From Halomonas sp. (GTDB lineage Bacteria > Pseudomonadota > Gammaproteobacteria > Pseudomonadales > Halomonadaceae), in contig JAGXGN010000061.1 of NCBI GenBank assembly GCA_024636705.1, positions 2,264-66,263 on the forward strand: a stretch of DNA of 64,000 nucleotides. The letters are read 5' to 3'. Both the position numbers and the translations under genes were made by a program. The notes beneath the pieces were generated by a model. It saw only the letters and a program-made list of their open reading frames with translations, was not told where the DNA came from and ran no database searches. Positions 31,980-42,032 of this stretch are shown here, in pieces. Numbering within the stretch: position 1 is the stretch's first letter; each line of letters starts with the position of its first letter.

Positions 31980-32651
31980 ATGACGCACCCCACCGCCGAC
32001 GGCGAGAGGCCCTTCAGTGGCGTAGAGGAGCTTCTGCACAGCATCAGCCATGGCATCGGTGCGGCCCTCAGCCTCGCCGGGGTGGTGGTGCTGCTCGTGC
32101 TGGCCAGCCTGGCCGCCCAGGTCGACCCCTGGAAGATCGTCGGCATCAGCTGCTACGGCATCAGCCTGGTCCTGCTCTACACCGCTTCCACGCTCTATCA
32201 CGGTGTCCGCCACCCGCGCCTGAAGGGAGTCTTCCAGTCGCTCGACCACTGCGCCATCTACCTGCTGATCGCCGGCACCTACACACCCTTCCTGCTGGTC
32301 AATCTGCGCGGCCCGACGGGCTGGACGCTGTTTGCCATCGTCTGGTCTCTGGCGCTGGCCGGCATCGCCTGCAAGCTGGTATGGCCCCACCGCTTCGCCA
32401 CCCTGCGAGTCGCCATCTACCTGCTGATGGGTTGGCTGGTCGTCTTCGCCGGCGACGAACTGGCCGCCAGCCTCTCCCCCACCGGCCTCATCCTGCTGAT
32501 CGCCGGCGGAGTCACCTACACCCTGGGCGTGGCCTTCTATGCCATCAACGCCATCCCCTTCAACCACGCGATCTGGCACCTGTTCGTCATGGGCGGAAGT
32601 ACCTGCCACTACTTCGCGGTCTACACCGCCGTACTGCCCTTCGCGGCCTGA
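31980..32651 (+). CDS. Hemolysin III / PAQR family membrane protein (TrhA/YqfA-like)
   Basis: EELLHSISH, STLYH, DHCAIYLLIAGTYTP, HAIWHLFV. Confidence 0.92.
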   Translation: MTHPTADGERPFSGVEELLHSISHGIGAALSLAGVVVLLVLASLAAQVDPWKIVGISCYGISLVLLYTASTLYHGVRHPRLKGVFQSLDHCAIYLLIAGTYTPFLLVNLRGPTGWTLFAIVWSLALAGIACKLVWPHRFATLRVAIYLLMGWLVVFAGDELAASLSPTGLILLIAGGVTYTLGVAFYAINAIPFNHAIWHLFVMGGSTCHYFAVYTAVLPFAA

Positions 32652-32658
32652 GGGCGGC

Positions 32659-33420
32659 TCACGCCGCGCGGGCCTCGCGGATGCGTTCGTAGGCGTTGCC
32701 GATCTCGCTGGTACGCTGCTGGGCGACCTCGCGCATGCTCTCGGGTAGACCCTTGCCGGCGAGCTTATCGGGGTGGTTCTGGCTCATCAGGCGGCGATAG
32801 GCCTTCTTGATCTCGGCGTCGCTGGCATCCGGTTCCACACCGAGCACCCGGTAGGCGTCGGCCAGCGCCTCTTCGCTGGCACCCGCCGAGTTGGCGGCGG
32901 CGCCATGAAGCATGGCTTCGATCTGCTGCACCTCAGCCTCGCTGCAGCCCAGCCCGCGGGCGACACGAACGACGAGGTCATGCTCGGCGTCGTGAAGCAC
33001 GCCGTCGGCAGCGATAGCGGAAAGCTGCAACTGAAGGAAGACCTGGCGAAGCCCCGGCTGACCGCTGGTGAAGCGCCGCACCTCGGCGAGTTCAGCCTCG
33101 AGGTCGAAATCCGCCTCTCGCCCGCGGGCGAAGGCCGCACGCGCCTGGCCACGCTGCTCCTCGTTCAGGCGCAGCTTGTCGAGCAGCTTTTCCTTGATGT
33201 CCAGTTCGCTGTCGGAGACCTTGCCGTCGGCCTGGCAGAGGCAGCCCATCACGGCGAAGGCCGAATTGAAGAAGCGGGACTGGGACTGAAACCGAACCCG
33301 CGAGACGGAGCCGCGGATTCGCCGCCCCAACCACCAGCCAAGGCCGGCGCCGACCAGCAATCCCAGGGGGCCGCCGGTGGCGAGCCCTATCCAGCCCCCG
33401 ATCAGAATCAGAAACAGCAT
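32659..33420 (-). CDS. djlA: Co-chaperone DjlA
   Basis: N-terminal TM, TerB-like middle domain, C-terminal J domain with HPD. Confidence 0.92.
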   Translation of the reverse strand: MLFLILIGGWIGLATGGPLGLLVGAGLGWWLGRRIRGSVSRVRFQSQSRFFNSAFAVMGCLCQADGKVSDSELDIKEKLLDKLRLNEEQRGQARAAFARGREADFDLEAELAEVRRFTSGQPGLRQVFLQLQLSAIAADGVLHDAEHDLVVRVARGLGCSEAEVQQIEAMLHGAAANSAGASEEALADAYRVLGVEPDASDAEIKKAYRRLMSQNHPDKLAGKGLPESMREVAQQRTSEIGNAYERIREARAA

Positions 33421-33455
33421 GACACCCTCGACACGTAATCCATGGATGAAGGCCC

Positions 33456-35384
33456 TCAGGGCAAGCGTGCGCGAATGGCGGCCTCGATGGCCTCGGCATC
33501 CAGCGCGCATTCGGTGATCAGTTCGGCCGGCTTGCCGTGTTCGACGAAGGCGTCGGGCAGGCCCAGATTGAGCACTGCCACCTGGACATCCTCCCTCGCG
33601 AGCAGTTCATTGACGGCACTGCCCGCCCCGCCGGCCACCACGTTCTCTTCCAGGGTCACCAGCAGGTCGTGGTCATCGGCGATGTCCAGCACCGCCTGAT
33701 GGTCCAGCGGCTTGATGGAGCGCATGTTGAGATGCGTCGCATCCAGGGCGTCCGCGACCGCCGCCGCCGCACTGTTGAGACTGCCGAAGGCCAGCAGGGC
33801 GACTCGGCCGGTCTCGGCCCCGCTGGTGCGACGCCGTTCGGCGCGACCGATCTCGATCGGTTCTAGATGATCGGGGATCTCGACACCCGGGCCGGTGCCA
33901 CGGGGATAACGCACCGCCGCCGGACCGGGATGCTGGTAGGCGGCACTCAGCATGGCCCGGCACTCGGCCTCGTCGGCCGGCGCCATCACTACCATCCCCG
34001 GGATGCAGCGCAGATAGGAGAGGTCCAGGGCGCCGTGGTGAGTCGGGCCGTCCTCGCCGACCAGGCCGGCCCGGTCGATGGCGAAGGTCACGTCGAGCCC
34101 CTGCACCGCCACATCGTGGATCAACTGATCGTAGCCGCGCTGCAGGAAGGTCGAGTAGATGGCCAGCACCGGCTTCATGCCCTCGCACGCCAGGCCGGCG
34201 GAGAGGGTCACCGAGTGCTGCTCGGCGATGGCCACATCATAATAGCGGCCGGGGTATTCCCGGGAGAAGCGGATCAGGTCCGAGCCCTCGCGCATGGCGG
34301 GGGTGATGCCCACCAGCCGCTCGTCCACCGCCGCCATGTCGCACAACCAGTCGCCGAAGACGTTGCAATACTTGCGCTTTTTCTTCTTGACAGCGTTGCT
34401 CGCCGGCTTGAGCGGTGGTGGCGTATCGCCGCTTTTTTCCGGCTCGGCCTTTTCCAGCTTGGTGATGGCGTGGTAGCCGATAGGGTCGGCCTCGGCAGGC
34501 ATGAAGCCCTTGCCCTTGCGGGTCTTCACATGCAGAAACTGCGGCCCCTCCAGGTCACGCATCGTATGCAGGGTCTCCACCAGCAACGGCAGGTCGTGGC
34601 CGTCGATGGGGCCGATGTAGTTGAAGCCCATTTCCTCGAAGAGCGTGGCCGGGCTGATCATGCCCTTCATGTGTTCCTCGGTGCGCCGTGCCAGCTCCAG
34701 GGCACCGGGCAGATGCGAGAGCACCTTCTTGCCGCTCTCGCGCATGTTGAGGTAGGGCTTGCTGACCAGGATGCGTGCCAGGTAGCTGGCCATGCCGCCG
34801 ACGTTCTCGGAGATCGACATCTCGTTGTCGTTGAGGATCACCAGCAGGTTGGCATCCACATGACCGGCATGGGCCAGGCCCTCGAAGGCCATGCCGGCAG
34901 AGAGGGCACCATCGCCGATCACCGCGCAGACCCGGCGTTTCTCGCCACGCGTACGGGCGGCCAGGGCCATCCCCAGGGCCGCGGAGATCGAGGTACTGGA
35001 GTGGCCCACGCCGAAGGTGTCGTACTCGGACTCGGCGCGGCGCGGGAAGGCGGCGAGGCCGCCGTAGCGACGAATGCCCAGCATCGCCTCGCGGCGGCCG
35101 GTGAGGATCTTGTGGGGATAGGCCTGGTGGCCAACGTCCCAGACCAGGCGATCATGGGGCGTCTCCAACGCCTGGTGGAGGGCCAGGGTGAGCTCCACGA
35201 CGCCCAGGCCGGCACCGAAGTGGCCGCCACTGACGCCCACGCTGTAAAGCAGATAGGCACGCAATTCATCGGCCACCTGCCCGAGCTGGTCCATGGACAT
35301 GGCGCGCAGCCCGGCCGGGGTGTTCAGGGTGTCGAGCAGCGGCGTGGCCGGACGCTCGACGGGAATGTCATCAAACAGCTTCAT
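33456..35384 (-). CDS. dxs: 1-deoxy-D-xylulose-5-phosphate synthase
   Basis: [20 protein letters not shown]...[18 protein letters not shown]. Confidence 0.98.
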   Translation of the reverse strand: MKLFDDIPVERPATPLLDTLNTPAGLRAMSMDQLGQVADELRAYLLYSVGVSGGHFGAGLGVVELTLALHQALETPHDRLVWDVGHQAYPHKILTGRREAMLGIRRYGGLAAFPRRAESEYDTFGVGHSSTSISAALGMALAARTRGEKRRVCAVIGDGALSAGMAFEGLAHAGHVDANLLVILNDNEMSISENVGGMASYLARILVSKPYLNMRESGKKVLSHLPGALELARRTEEHMKGMISPATLFEEMGFNYIGPIDGHDLPLLVETLHTMRDLEGPQFLHVKTRKGKGFMPAEADPIGYHAITKLEKAEPEKSGDTPPPLKPASNAVKKKKRKYCNVFGDWLCDMAAVDERLVGITPAMREGSDLIRFSREYPGRYYDVAIAEQHSVTLSAGLACEGMKPVLAIYSTFLQRGYDQLIHDVAVQGLDVTFAIDRAGLVGEDGPTHHGALDLSYLRCIPGMVVMAPADEAECRAMLSAAYQHPGPAAVRYPRGTGPGVEIPDHLEPIEIGRAERRRTSGAETGRVALLAFGSLNSAAAAVADALDATHLNMRSIKPLDHQAVLDIADDHDLLVTLEENVVAGGAGSAVNELLAREDVQVAVLNLGLPDAFVEHGKPAELITECALDAEAIEAAIRARLP

Positions 35385-35401
35385 GGCGTCATCAGTCGTC
35401 G

Positions 35402-36285
35402 TCAGTGGTCACGCTCGATCATGTAACGGGCAAGCTCGGCCAGGGGCTCTCCGGCGCCACCCAGCGGTGCGAGGGCGTCGACGGCCAGATCGACCAGCTC
35501 GACGGCGCGTCGCCGGGCACCATCGAGCCCCAGCAGGGCGGGATAGGTCGGCTTGTGGCGGGCGGCGTCCGCCCCCGAGGTCTTGCCCAGGGTGGTGGTG
35601 TCGCCAGTCACATCGAGTACGTCGTCGTGGATCTGGAACGCCAGGCCGATGGCCTCGGCATAGGCCTGCAGCGCCGCGAGGCGCGGATCGGAATCATCCA
35701 CCGCCACCAGTCCGCCGAGGCGCACGGCGGCGCGGATCAGGGCACCGGTCTTGTGGCCATGCAGGCTGGCCAGGGCCTCGATGTCCGGCCGTCCTCCCAC
35801 GGCGGCGAGATCCAGCGCCTGGCCACCCACCATGCCATCGCGGCCCGCGGCCTCGGCCAGGGTCGCCACCAGGGCCGGCAGCCGGGGAGGACGGCCCTGG
35901 CCAGCACCTCGAAGGCCAGCGACTGGAGGGCATCACCAGCGAGAATGGCCGTGGCCTCGTCGAAGGCCCGATGCACCGTGGGCTGGCCGCGGCGCAGGTC
36001 ATCGTCGTCCATGGCCGGCAGATCATCGTGGACCAGTGAATAGGCATGAACCAGTTCCAGGGCCATGGCCGGGGCATCGAGATCGTCGTCCGCGGCGCCC
36101 AGGGCACGACCGGCGGCATAGACCAGCACCGGGCGCAAGCGCTTGCCACCCACCAGCACACCGTGGCGCATGGCGGCATCGAGCCTCGGCGACGTGGCCA
36201 TGTGGCCTGTGAAGAGGGCGTCCAGCCGTACATCGACCCGGGCGCGATCACCGATCAGGCGATCATCCAGGCGCTCAACGCTCAC
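35402..36285 (-). pseudogene. ispA: Farnesyl diphosphate synthase, frameshifted near 35890 (real lesion or sequence error)
   Basis: GGKRLRP and HDDLPAMDDDDLRRG in one frame; GMVGGQALD, HKTGAL, FQIHDDVLD, KPTYP in another. Confidence 0.85.
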
Positions 36286-36568
36286 CGTCACCCTCCGCGG
36301 CAGGCGAATCGAAGAGGGCAAGATCGAGACTTCCCTCGGACCCTTCCGTGAGTGACCGCACCTGGAGCTCGGCCGCATCGAGACGACGCTGGGCATCACG
36401 GGTGAGGCGCACGCCCTGCTCGAAGGCGGACAGCGACCCCTCCAGCGACAACTCGCCGGATTCCAGCCGTTCCACCAGGCGTTCCAGTTGCTCAAGGGTG
36501 GCGGCGAAATCCATCGGCGCCGCCTCACCCGTCGGCACATCGGCCAACCGCTCGTCACGCTCTGCCAT
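36275..36568 (-). CDS. xseB: Exodeoxyribonuclease VII small subunit
   Basis: LEQLERLVERLESGELSLEGSLSAFEQGV; xseB-ispA-dxs order. Confidence 0.93.
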   Translation of the reverse strand: MAERDERLADVPTGEAAPMDFAATLEQLERLVERLESGELSLEGSLSAFEQGVRLTRDAQRRLDAAELQVRSLTEGSEGSLDLALFDSPAAEGDGER

Positions 36569-36813
36569 GCAACCTCGACTCGTCATGGATCCTCAGGAGA
36601 CACAGTATACACGCTCCCCCCCGGGGGTCGTCTGCCCGGCACAAGATGCAGCACACTCATGAGGACGGCGCGGCATTTTCATCTCCGCTCATGCCCATTG
36701 TGCTAACCTATGCGCTCGTTTTCGAGCCTGCTTCGCCACCGGGATTCCTCGGCCGGCCAGGGCTCTCTATCCTTTACAGCATGCGGCTCGCGCCGGAAGA
36801 GGTTGATTCGATC

Positions 36814-38064
36814 ATGGCCAAAACGTCTCTGGACAAGAGCAAGATCAAGATTCTGCTGCTCGAGGGCGTCCACCAGACCGCGGTGGACAACTTCCTGAAC
36901 GCCGGTTACACCAACATCGAGCATCGGCCGACCTCGCTTGACGAAGCCACCCTGATCGAGAAGATCCGTGACGCCCACTTCATCGGCATCCGCTCGCGGA
37001 CCCAGCTCACCGAAGCGGTCTTCGCCGCCGCCGAGAAGCTGGTAGCCGTTGGCTGCTTCTGCATCGGCACCAACCAGGTCGATCTCGACGCGGCGCTCAG
37101 GCGCGGTATCCCGGTCTTCAATGCCCCCTACTCCAACACCCGCTCCGTGGCCGAACTGGTGCTTGCCGAGGCCATCATGCTGCTGCGCGGCATTCCCGAG
37201 AAGAGTGCCAGCGCCCACCAGGGCGGCTGGCTGAAGTCGGCGAAGAACTCCCATGAGGCCCGCGGCAAGACCCTGGGCATCATCGGCTATGGCAACATCG
37301 GCTCGCAGCTCTCGGTTCTGGCCGAATCCCTGGGCTTCGACGTCATCTACTACGACGTGGTCACCAAGCTCGGCATGGGCAACGCCCGCCAGGTGGCCAG
37401 CCTCGAGGAACTGCTGGCCCGCGCCGACGTGGTCAGCCTGCACGTGCCGGACCTGCCCTCCACCCGCTGGATGATCGGCACCGAGCAGATCGCCCTGATG
37501 AAACCGGGCAGCATCCTGATCAATGCCTCGCGAGGCAGCGTGGTGGTCATCGATGCCCTGGCCCAGGCCCTGGATGTCGGCAAGCTCAACGGTGCCGCCA
37601 TCGATGTCTTCCCGGTGGAACCCAAGGGCAACGAGGAGGAATTCCTCAGCCCGCTGCGCGGCATGCACAACGTGATCCTCACGCCTCACGTGGGCGGCTC
37701 CACCCTCGAGGCCCAGGAAAACATCGGCATCGAAGTCTCCGAGAAGCTGATCACCTACTCCGACAACGGCACCACCGTGACCTCGGTCAACTTCCCGGAA
37801 GTCGCCCTGCCGGCTCACCCGGACAAGCATCGCCTGCTGCACATCCACGAGAACGTGCCGGGGGTACTCTCCGAGATCAACCGGGTGCTGTCCCAGGAAG
37901 GCATCAATATCTCCGGCCAGTACCTGCAGACCAATGACAAGGTCGGCTATGTGGTGATCGATGTCGACAAGGCCTACGGCCCCCGGGCACTGCAGGCACT
38001 GAAACAGGTCGACCACACCCTCAAGGTCCGCGCCCTGTATTCCGAGATCAACTACACGGATTGA
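36814..38064 (+). CDS. serA: D-3-phosphoglycerate dehydrogenase
   Basis: GCFCIGTNQVD, GIIGYGNIG, TPHVGGST, C-terminal ACT domain. Confidence 0.97.
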   Translation: MAKTSLDKSKIKILLLEGVHQTAVDNFLNAGYTNIEHRPTSLDEATLIEKIRDAHFIGIRSRTQLTEAVFAAAEKLVAVGCFCIGTNQVDLDAALRRGIPVFNAPYSNTRSVAELVLAEAIMLLRGIPEKSASAHQGGWLKSAKNSHEARGKTLGIIGYGNIGSQLSVLAESLGFDVIYYDVVTKLGMGNARQVASLEELLARADVVSLHVPDLPSTRWMIGTEQIALMKPGSILINASRGSVVVIDALAQALDVGKLNGAAIDVFPVEPKGNEEEFLSPLRGMHNVILTPHVGGSTLEAQENIGIEVSEKLITYSDNGTTVTSVNFPEVALPAHPDKHRLLHIHENVPGVLSEINRVLSQEGINISGQYLQTNDKVGYVVIDVDKAYGPRALQALKQVDHTLKVRALYSEINYTD

Positions 38065-38098
38065 CCCCGGCATCGCCGGTCATTCCTATCCATGCCTG

Positions 38099-38113
38099 TG
38101 GAATTCATTTCCG
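38099..38113. promoter_or_regulatory. Putative IclR autoregulatory operator
   Basis: TGGAATTCATTTCCG; 11/15 identical to the glcB upstream site. Confidence 0.6.
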
Positions 38114-38180
38114 CCACCGAGACAGCCCGCCATCGAGTCGGTATCCTCAGGAAATCGAAGGGACCACAAGGAGTGATGGG

Positions 38181-39020
38181 GTGAGTGAAGGCAAACGCAG
38201 GACGGCCGGACGCCCCGCCGGATCAGGCAAGAGCCCCGGCGGTCACAGCCAATCGCTGGTGCGCGGACTCAACCTCCTCGAACGCCTGGCGGCCAGCCCC
38301 GGGGGACTGGCCCTCTCGGATATTGCCGAGCAGTCCGACCTGGCGCCCTCCACCACCCATCGCCTGCTGCAGGCCCTGCAGAGCCAGGGATTCATCACCC
38401 AGGACAGCGAGCTGGGCGTGTGGAAGGTTGACGTCAAGACCTTCCGTATCGGCAACAGCTTCCTGGAGGCCCGCGATTTCGTGGCGACCAGCCGCCCCTT
38501 CCTGCGCCGCTTGACCGCCCTGACCGGCGAATCCGCCAACCTGGGCGTGCGCCATGGCGGCTCCGTGGTATTCCTCACCCAGAGCGAGTCGCCGCAGATG
38601 ATGCGCATGATCACCCGCCTCGGCTCCCGGGCGCCCCTGCACGCCTCCGGCGTGGGCAAGGCGCTGATGGCCTGGCTGCCGGACGACATCCTCGCTCGGA
38701 TCCTCGACGAATGCGGCCTGGAGAGCGTCACCGAGAATACCCTGGCGACACCCGAGGCCCTCAATGAAAACCTCGCCGAGGTACGACGCCAGGGCTTCGC
38801 CTGTGATCGCGAGGAGCATGCCATCGGCCTGCACTGCGCCGCCGCCTGCCTGCACGATGAGCAGGGCAATCCGCTCGCCGCCATCTCGGTGTCCGGGCCT
38901 GTCGCCCGCATCCCCGAGTCCCGGCTGCCGGAACTGGGCGAGCTGGTCAGGGACACCGCCGCCGAGATCACCGCACGGCTGGGCGGGCGGGTGCCCTCTG
39001 CCGACGCGACCCGCACCTGA
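38181..39020 (+). CDS. IclR-family regulator (IclR/AllR/BhcR-like)
   Basis: QSLVRGL HTH, STTHRLL, PLHASGVGKA, AISVSGP; AAGGAG RBS before GTG. Confidence 0.92.
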   Translation: MSEGKRRTAGRPAGSGKSPGGHSQSLVRGLNLLERLAASPGGLALSDIAEQSDLAPSTTHRLLQALQSQGFITQDSELGVWKVDVKTFRIGNSFLEARDFVATSRPFLRRLTALTGESANLGVRHGGSVVFLTQSESPQMMRMITRLGSRAPLHASGVGKALMAWLPDDILARILDECGLESVTENTLATPEALNENLAEVRRQGFACDREEHAIGLHCAAACLHDEQGNPLAAISVSGPVARIPESRLPELGELVRDTAAEITARLGGRVPSADATRT

Positions 39021-39092
39021 CCCGATTCGTATCGCCCACCGTCGGTGGGCGATACACTATTCCCCGCCACCACGCCGCCAGAGAGGCCCACG

Positions 39093-40124
39093 ATGCGTTC
39101 CCACCTGCTTTCCATCGACTCGCTGTCACGGGCGCATGTCGACCACCTGATGAGGGTAGCGGCCCGCATGGAACCCATCGCCCAGCGCCGCCAGGTCACC
39201 CGGGTGCTGGAAGGCGCCGTGCTCGGCAACCTCTTCTTCGAGGCCAGCACACGAACACGCGTGAGCTTCAACGCGGCCTTCTGTCGACTGGGCGGCAGTG
39301 TCTGCGATACCACCGGCTTCACCTTCTCCTCCATGGCCAAGGGGGAATCGCTGTACGACACCAGCCGCGTGTTGAGCGGCTATTGTGATGCCATCGTCAT
39401 GCGCCACCCGGACCAGGGCTCGGTGGCGGAATTCGCCGAGGCGACCCATGTGCCGGTCATCAATGGCGGCGATGGTCCCGGCGAGCATCCCAGCCAGGCA
39501 CTGCTCGACTTCTATACCATCGACAAGGAATTCACCCGACTGGGCAAGCGGCTTGCCGGGGCCCATGTGCTGCTCACTGGCGACCTCAAGTACGGGCGTA
39601 CCGTCCACTCCCTGATCAAGCTGCTCTCGCTCTATGACCCCATGCGCTTCACCCTGGTCTCGCCACCGGGACTGGAGATGCCGAGCCGGGTGATCGACAG
39701 GGTGGAATCGCTCGGACACCGGGTCGAGCAGCGCGAGAGCCTCGCCGGCGACTTCTCTGATGTCGACGTGGTCTACACCACCCGCATCCAGAGGGAGCGC
39801 TTCACGGAGGAAATGAACGAGAACTTCGGCGCCCTGTCCCGGGACTTCAGCGTGGATCGGTCCTTCATCGACGATCACTGCTCCGACAGCACCATCGTCA
39901 TGCACCCCCTGCCCAGGGACAGCCGACCCGGTGCCAATGACCTCGACGTGGACCTCAACGGCGATCCCCGGCTGGCCATCTTCCGCCAGACCGACAATGG
40001 TATTCCCGTGCGCATGGCGATCTTCGCCACCCTGCTCGAGGTCGATGATCTGGTCGAGAAGGACCTGCGCCCGGTTCGCTGGTTCGTGCCGGCTCGACTG
40101 GGGGTGGATGACCCTGCCTTCTAG
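39093..40124 (+). CDS. pyrB: Aspartate carbamoyltransferase catalytic subunit
   Basis: FFEASTRT, KGESLYDT, HPSQALLD, GDLKYGRTVHS, TRIQRER, MHPLPR. Confidence 0.93.
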   Translation: MRSHLLSIDSLSRAHVDHLMRVAARMEPIAQRRQVTRVLEGAVLGNLFFEASTRTRVSFNAAFCRLGGSVCDTTGFTFSSMAKGESLYDTSRVLSGYCDAIVMRHPDQGSVAEFAEATHVPVINGGDGPGEHPSQALLDFYTIDKEFTRLGKRLAGAHVLLTGDLKYGRTVHSLIKLLSLYDPMRFTLVSPPGLEMPSRVIDRVESLGHRVEQRESLAGDFSDVDVVYTTRIQRERFTEEMNENFGALSRDFSVDRSFIDDHCSDSTIVMHPLPRDSRPGANDLDVDLNGDPRLAIFRQTDNGIPVRMAIFATLLEVDDLVEKDLRPVRWFVPARLGVDDPAF

Positions 40125-40294
40125 CACAATCTCTGCGACCATGGCCTAGGCGGATGGCGATGTCGTATGATGAAGGCCTAAACAACGGATGAACGACGAC
40201 ATAGCGTCTTCTCGCATGGCGTCGCGACCGGACGAGCGGAAAGACACAACAACGACACCTTGCCGACGATGGCGATACTTGAGGAACCCTACCC

Positions 40295-40936
40295 ATGAAC
40301 CTGCAACGATCCTATATCCTGCTGGCCCTCTTATACAGCGCCTTGATCCTGATCGGCATTCTGGCCCTGATACTCGGCGGCGGGTCCTTTATCGCCCTGA
40401 TACAGGTCGCTGTCGGCATTGTGGCGGTCATCGGACTCTGGGGTTACATCCTCGGCAAGGGCTTCCTGAATCCGCGCATCTGGCAACCCCTGGCAGGCGC
40501 CCTCGCCGCCGGTGTATTGCTCCAGCTGCTGGTCATCTTCGCCGGTTCTCCCTCCGGTGAGGAGTTGACCTGGCTGCTCAGCAGCACGATCTTCTCCGCC
40601 TTACTGGTGGCCATCCTCTACCGCTATGGTGACCGTGACCAGGAGCTCTGGGCCACGCCCGAAGAGATCGAGGGCGGCAGGAAGCTCGGCGAGCTGCTCA
40701 ATCGGGAGGACGAGCTCGTCGTCGAGAAGCAGGAAGCCGACCGACAGGCCAGCGTACGGGTGGTCAAGTCGGGCGATACCTATCGTGCCAGTGTCACACG
40801 GCGCCATGGCGAGCAGGAGGAGCGCTTCGAGGAGGCCTTCAATCAACCCTCGACCCTGGCCTTCTTCCTCGAGAAGTTCACCTGCATCACGGTGGATGAC
40901 ATCACCCGCCAGTATGAGCGTCCCGCCGCCGGCTGA
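40295..40936 (+). CDS. Hypothetical membrane protein (4 TM plus acidic C-terminal domain)
   Basis: GAGG RBS; four hydrophobic segments then a soluble domain. Confidence 0.7.
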   Translation: MNLQRSYILLALLYSALILIGILALILGGGSFIALIQVAVGIVAVIGLWGYILGKGFLNPRIWQPLAGALAAGVLLQLLVIFAGSPSGEELTWLLSSTIFSALLVAILYRYGDRDQELWATPEEIEGGRKLGELLNREDELVVEKQEADRQASVRVVKSGDTYRASVTRRHGEQEERFEEAFNQPSTLAFFLEKFTCITVDDITRQYERPAAG

Positions 40937-40993
40937 GGCGGGAACCCTCGAGAGGCGCCGCCTGGCGGCAGGCGCCGGGAGGTGCCATGAGCG

Positions 40994-41443
40994 TCAGGCC
41001 TTCTTCACCGCTCCGGCGAAGAAGGCCTCGAGGATCAGCACCGCGGCGAGGCCGTCGACGCCATCGTCGCGATAACTCTTGCGTGAATCTCGCCACACTC
41101 CCGATTCGCGGGCGATGGCCTTGGCCTCCCGCGTGGTTCCGCGCTCGTCGACCATCTCGCAGTGAATACCGAAACGGCCGAACAGCCGCTTGCCGAACTT
41201 GCGTGCCCTGGCGCAGATCTCTTGCTCCGTCCCGTCGAGTTCCAAGGGAAGACCCACCACGAAAAGATCCGGGTGCCATTCTTCCACCAGGCGGGCGACC
41301 TGCCGCCAATCGGGGATGCCATCGCGAGCGGCCAGGGGGTCGAGCCGACGAGCGCTGGCGAGCATCTCATTGCCTATCGCCACACCGATGCGCCGCGTAC
41401 CGAAATCGAAGGCCATAACCAGGCGCTGACCCACCTCGGCCAT
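40994..41443 (-). CDS. ruvX: YqgF/RuvX RNase H-like nuclease
   Basis: AFDFGTRRIGVA, VVGLP, VDER, VDGLAAVLILE. Confidence 0.94.
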   Translation of the reverse strand: MAEVGQRLVMAFDFGTRRIGVAIGNEMLASARRLDPLAARDGIPDWRQVARLVEEWHPDLFVVGLPLELDGTEQEICARARKFGKRLFGRFGIHCEMVDERGTTREAKAIARESGVWRDSRKSYRDDGVDGLAAVLILEAFFAGAVKKA

Positions 41444-42015
41444 CAGGAATGCCCGGCCTCGCGGGTCATCAGATTCAGATCCACGCCCAGGATGCCGGCG
41501 GCGGCACCCAGACGCTGTTCCGGCGGGGTATCGAAGAGGATATCGGCCTGCCCCTCCACGGTGAGCCAGGCATTCTCCACCAGCTCCACCTCGAGCAGAC
41601 CGGATTCCCACCCGGCGCAGCCCAGGCAGACGAGGAACTTCTCGGGCCCTTCGCCGACGGCGAGGGCCTGGAGCATGTCCATGGAGGTGGTCAGGGCGAT
41701 GTCCTCGGTCACCTGGATGCTCGAATCCCAGGCGTCACTGTCGCCACGGTGCAGGATGAAGCCACGATCCTTGTGGACCGGGCCGCCGAAATAGACCGGG
41801 GCATTGCGGTGAGGGCTCTCGTTACCGTCCAGATCCAGCTGCTCGAAGAGGGCATCCAGGGTCAGCTCCATCGGGCGATTGACGATCACGCCCATGGTGC
41901 CCTTCTCGTCATGGTCGCAGAGGTAACTCAGGGTGCCGGCGAAGTTGGGATCTTCCAGGTGCGGCATCGCCATGAGGAACTGATTTTTCAAGCCGAAGCT
42001 TTGCATGGATTGCAT
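41443..42015 (-). CDS. algH: YqgE/AlgH family protein
   Basis: LMAMPHLEDPNF, FGGPV, RGFILH, GCAGW, EAGHS. Confidence 0.93.
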   Translation of the reverse strand: MQSMQSFGLKNQFLMAMPHLEDPNFAGTLSYLCDHDEKGTMGVIVNRPMELTLDALFEQLDLDGNESPHRNAPVYFGGPVHKDRGFILHRGDSDAWDSSIQVTEDIALTTSMDMLQALAVGEGPEKFLVCLGCAGWESGLLEVELVENAWLTVEGQADILFDTPPEQRLGAAAGILGVDLNLMTREAGHS

Positions 42016-42032
42016 GAGACTCCTCGGCGGTC

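Noticed and set aside
34370-34460. Lys/Pro-rich segment in Dxs (KKKKRK)
   Set aside because: Falls in the known variable interdomain linker; frame intact.
33867-35426. 519-aa plus-strand ORF
   Set aside because: Antisense shadow of dxs.
36630-36655. GGCAC...TGCA resembling a sigma54 promoter upstream of serA
   Set aside because: GG-to-GC spacing is 8, not the required 10.
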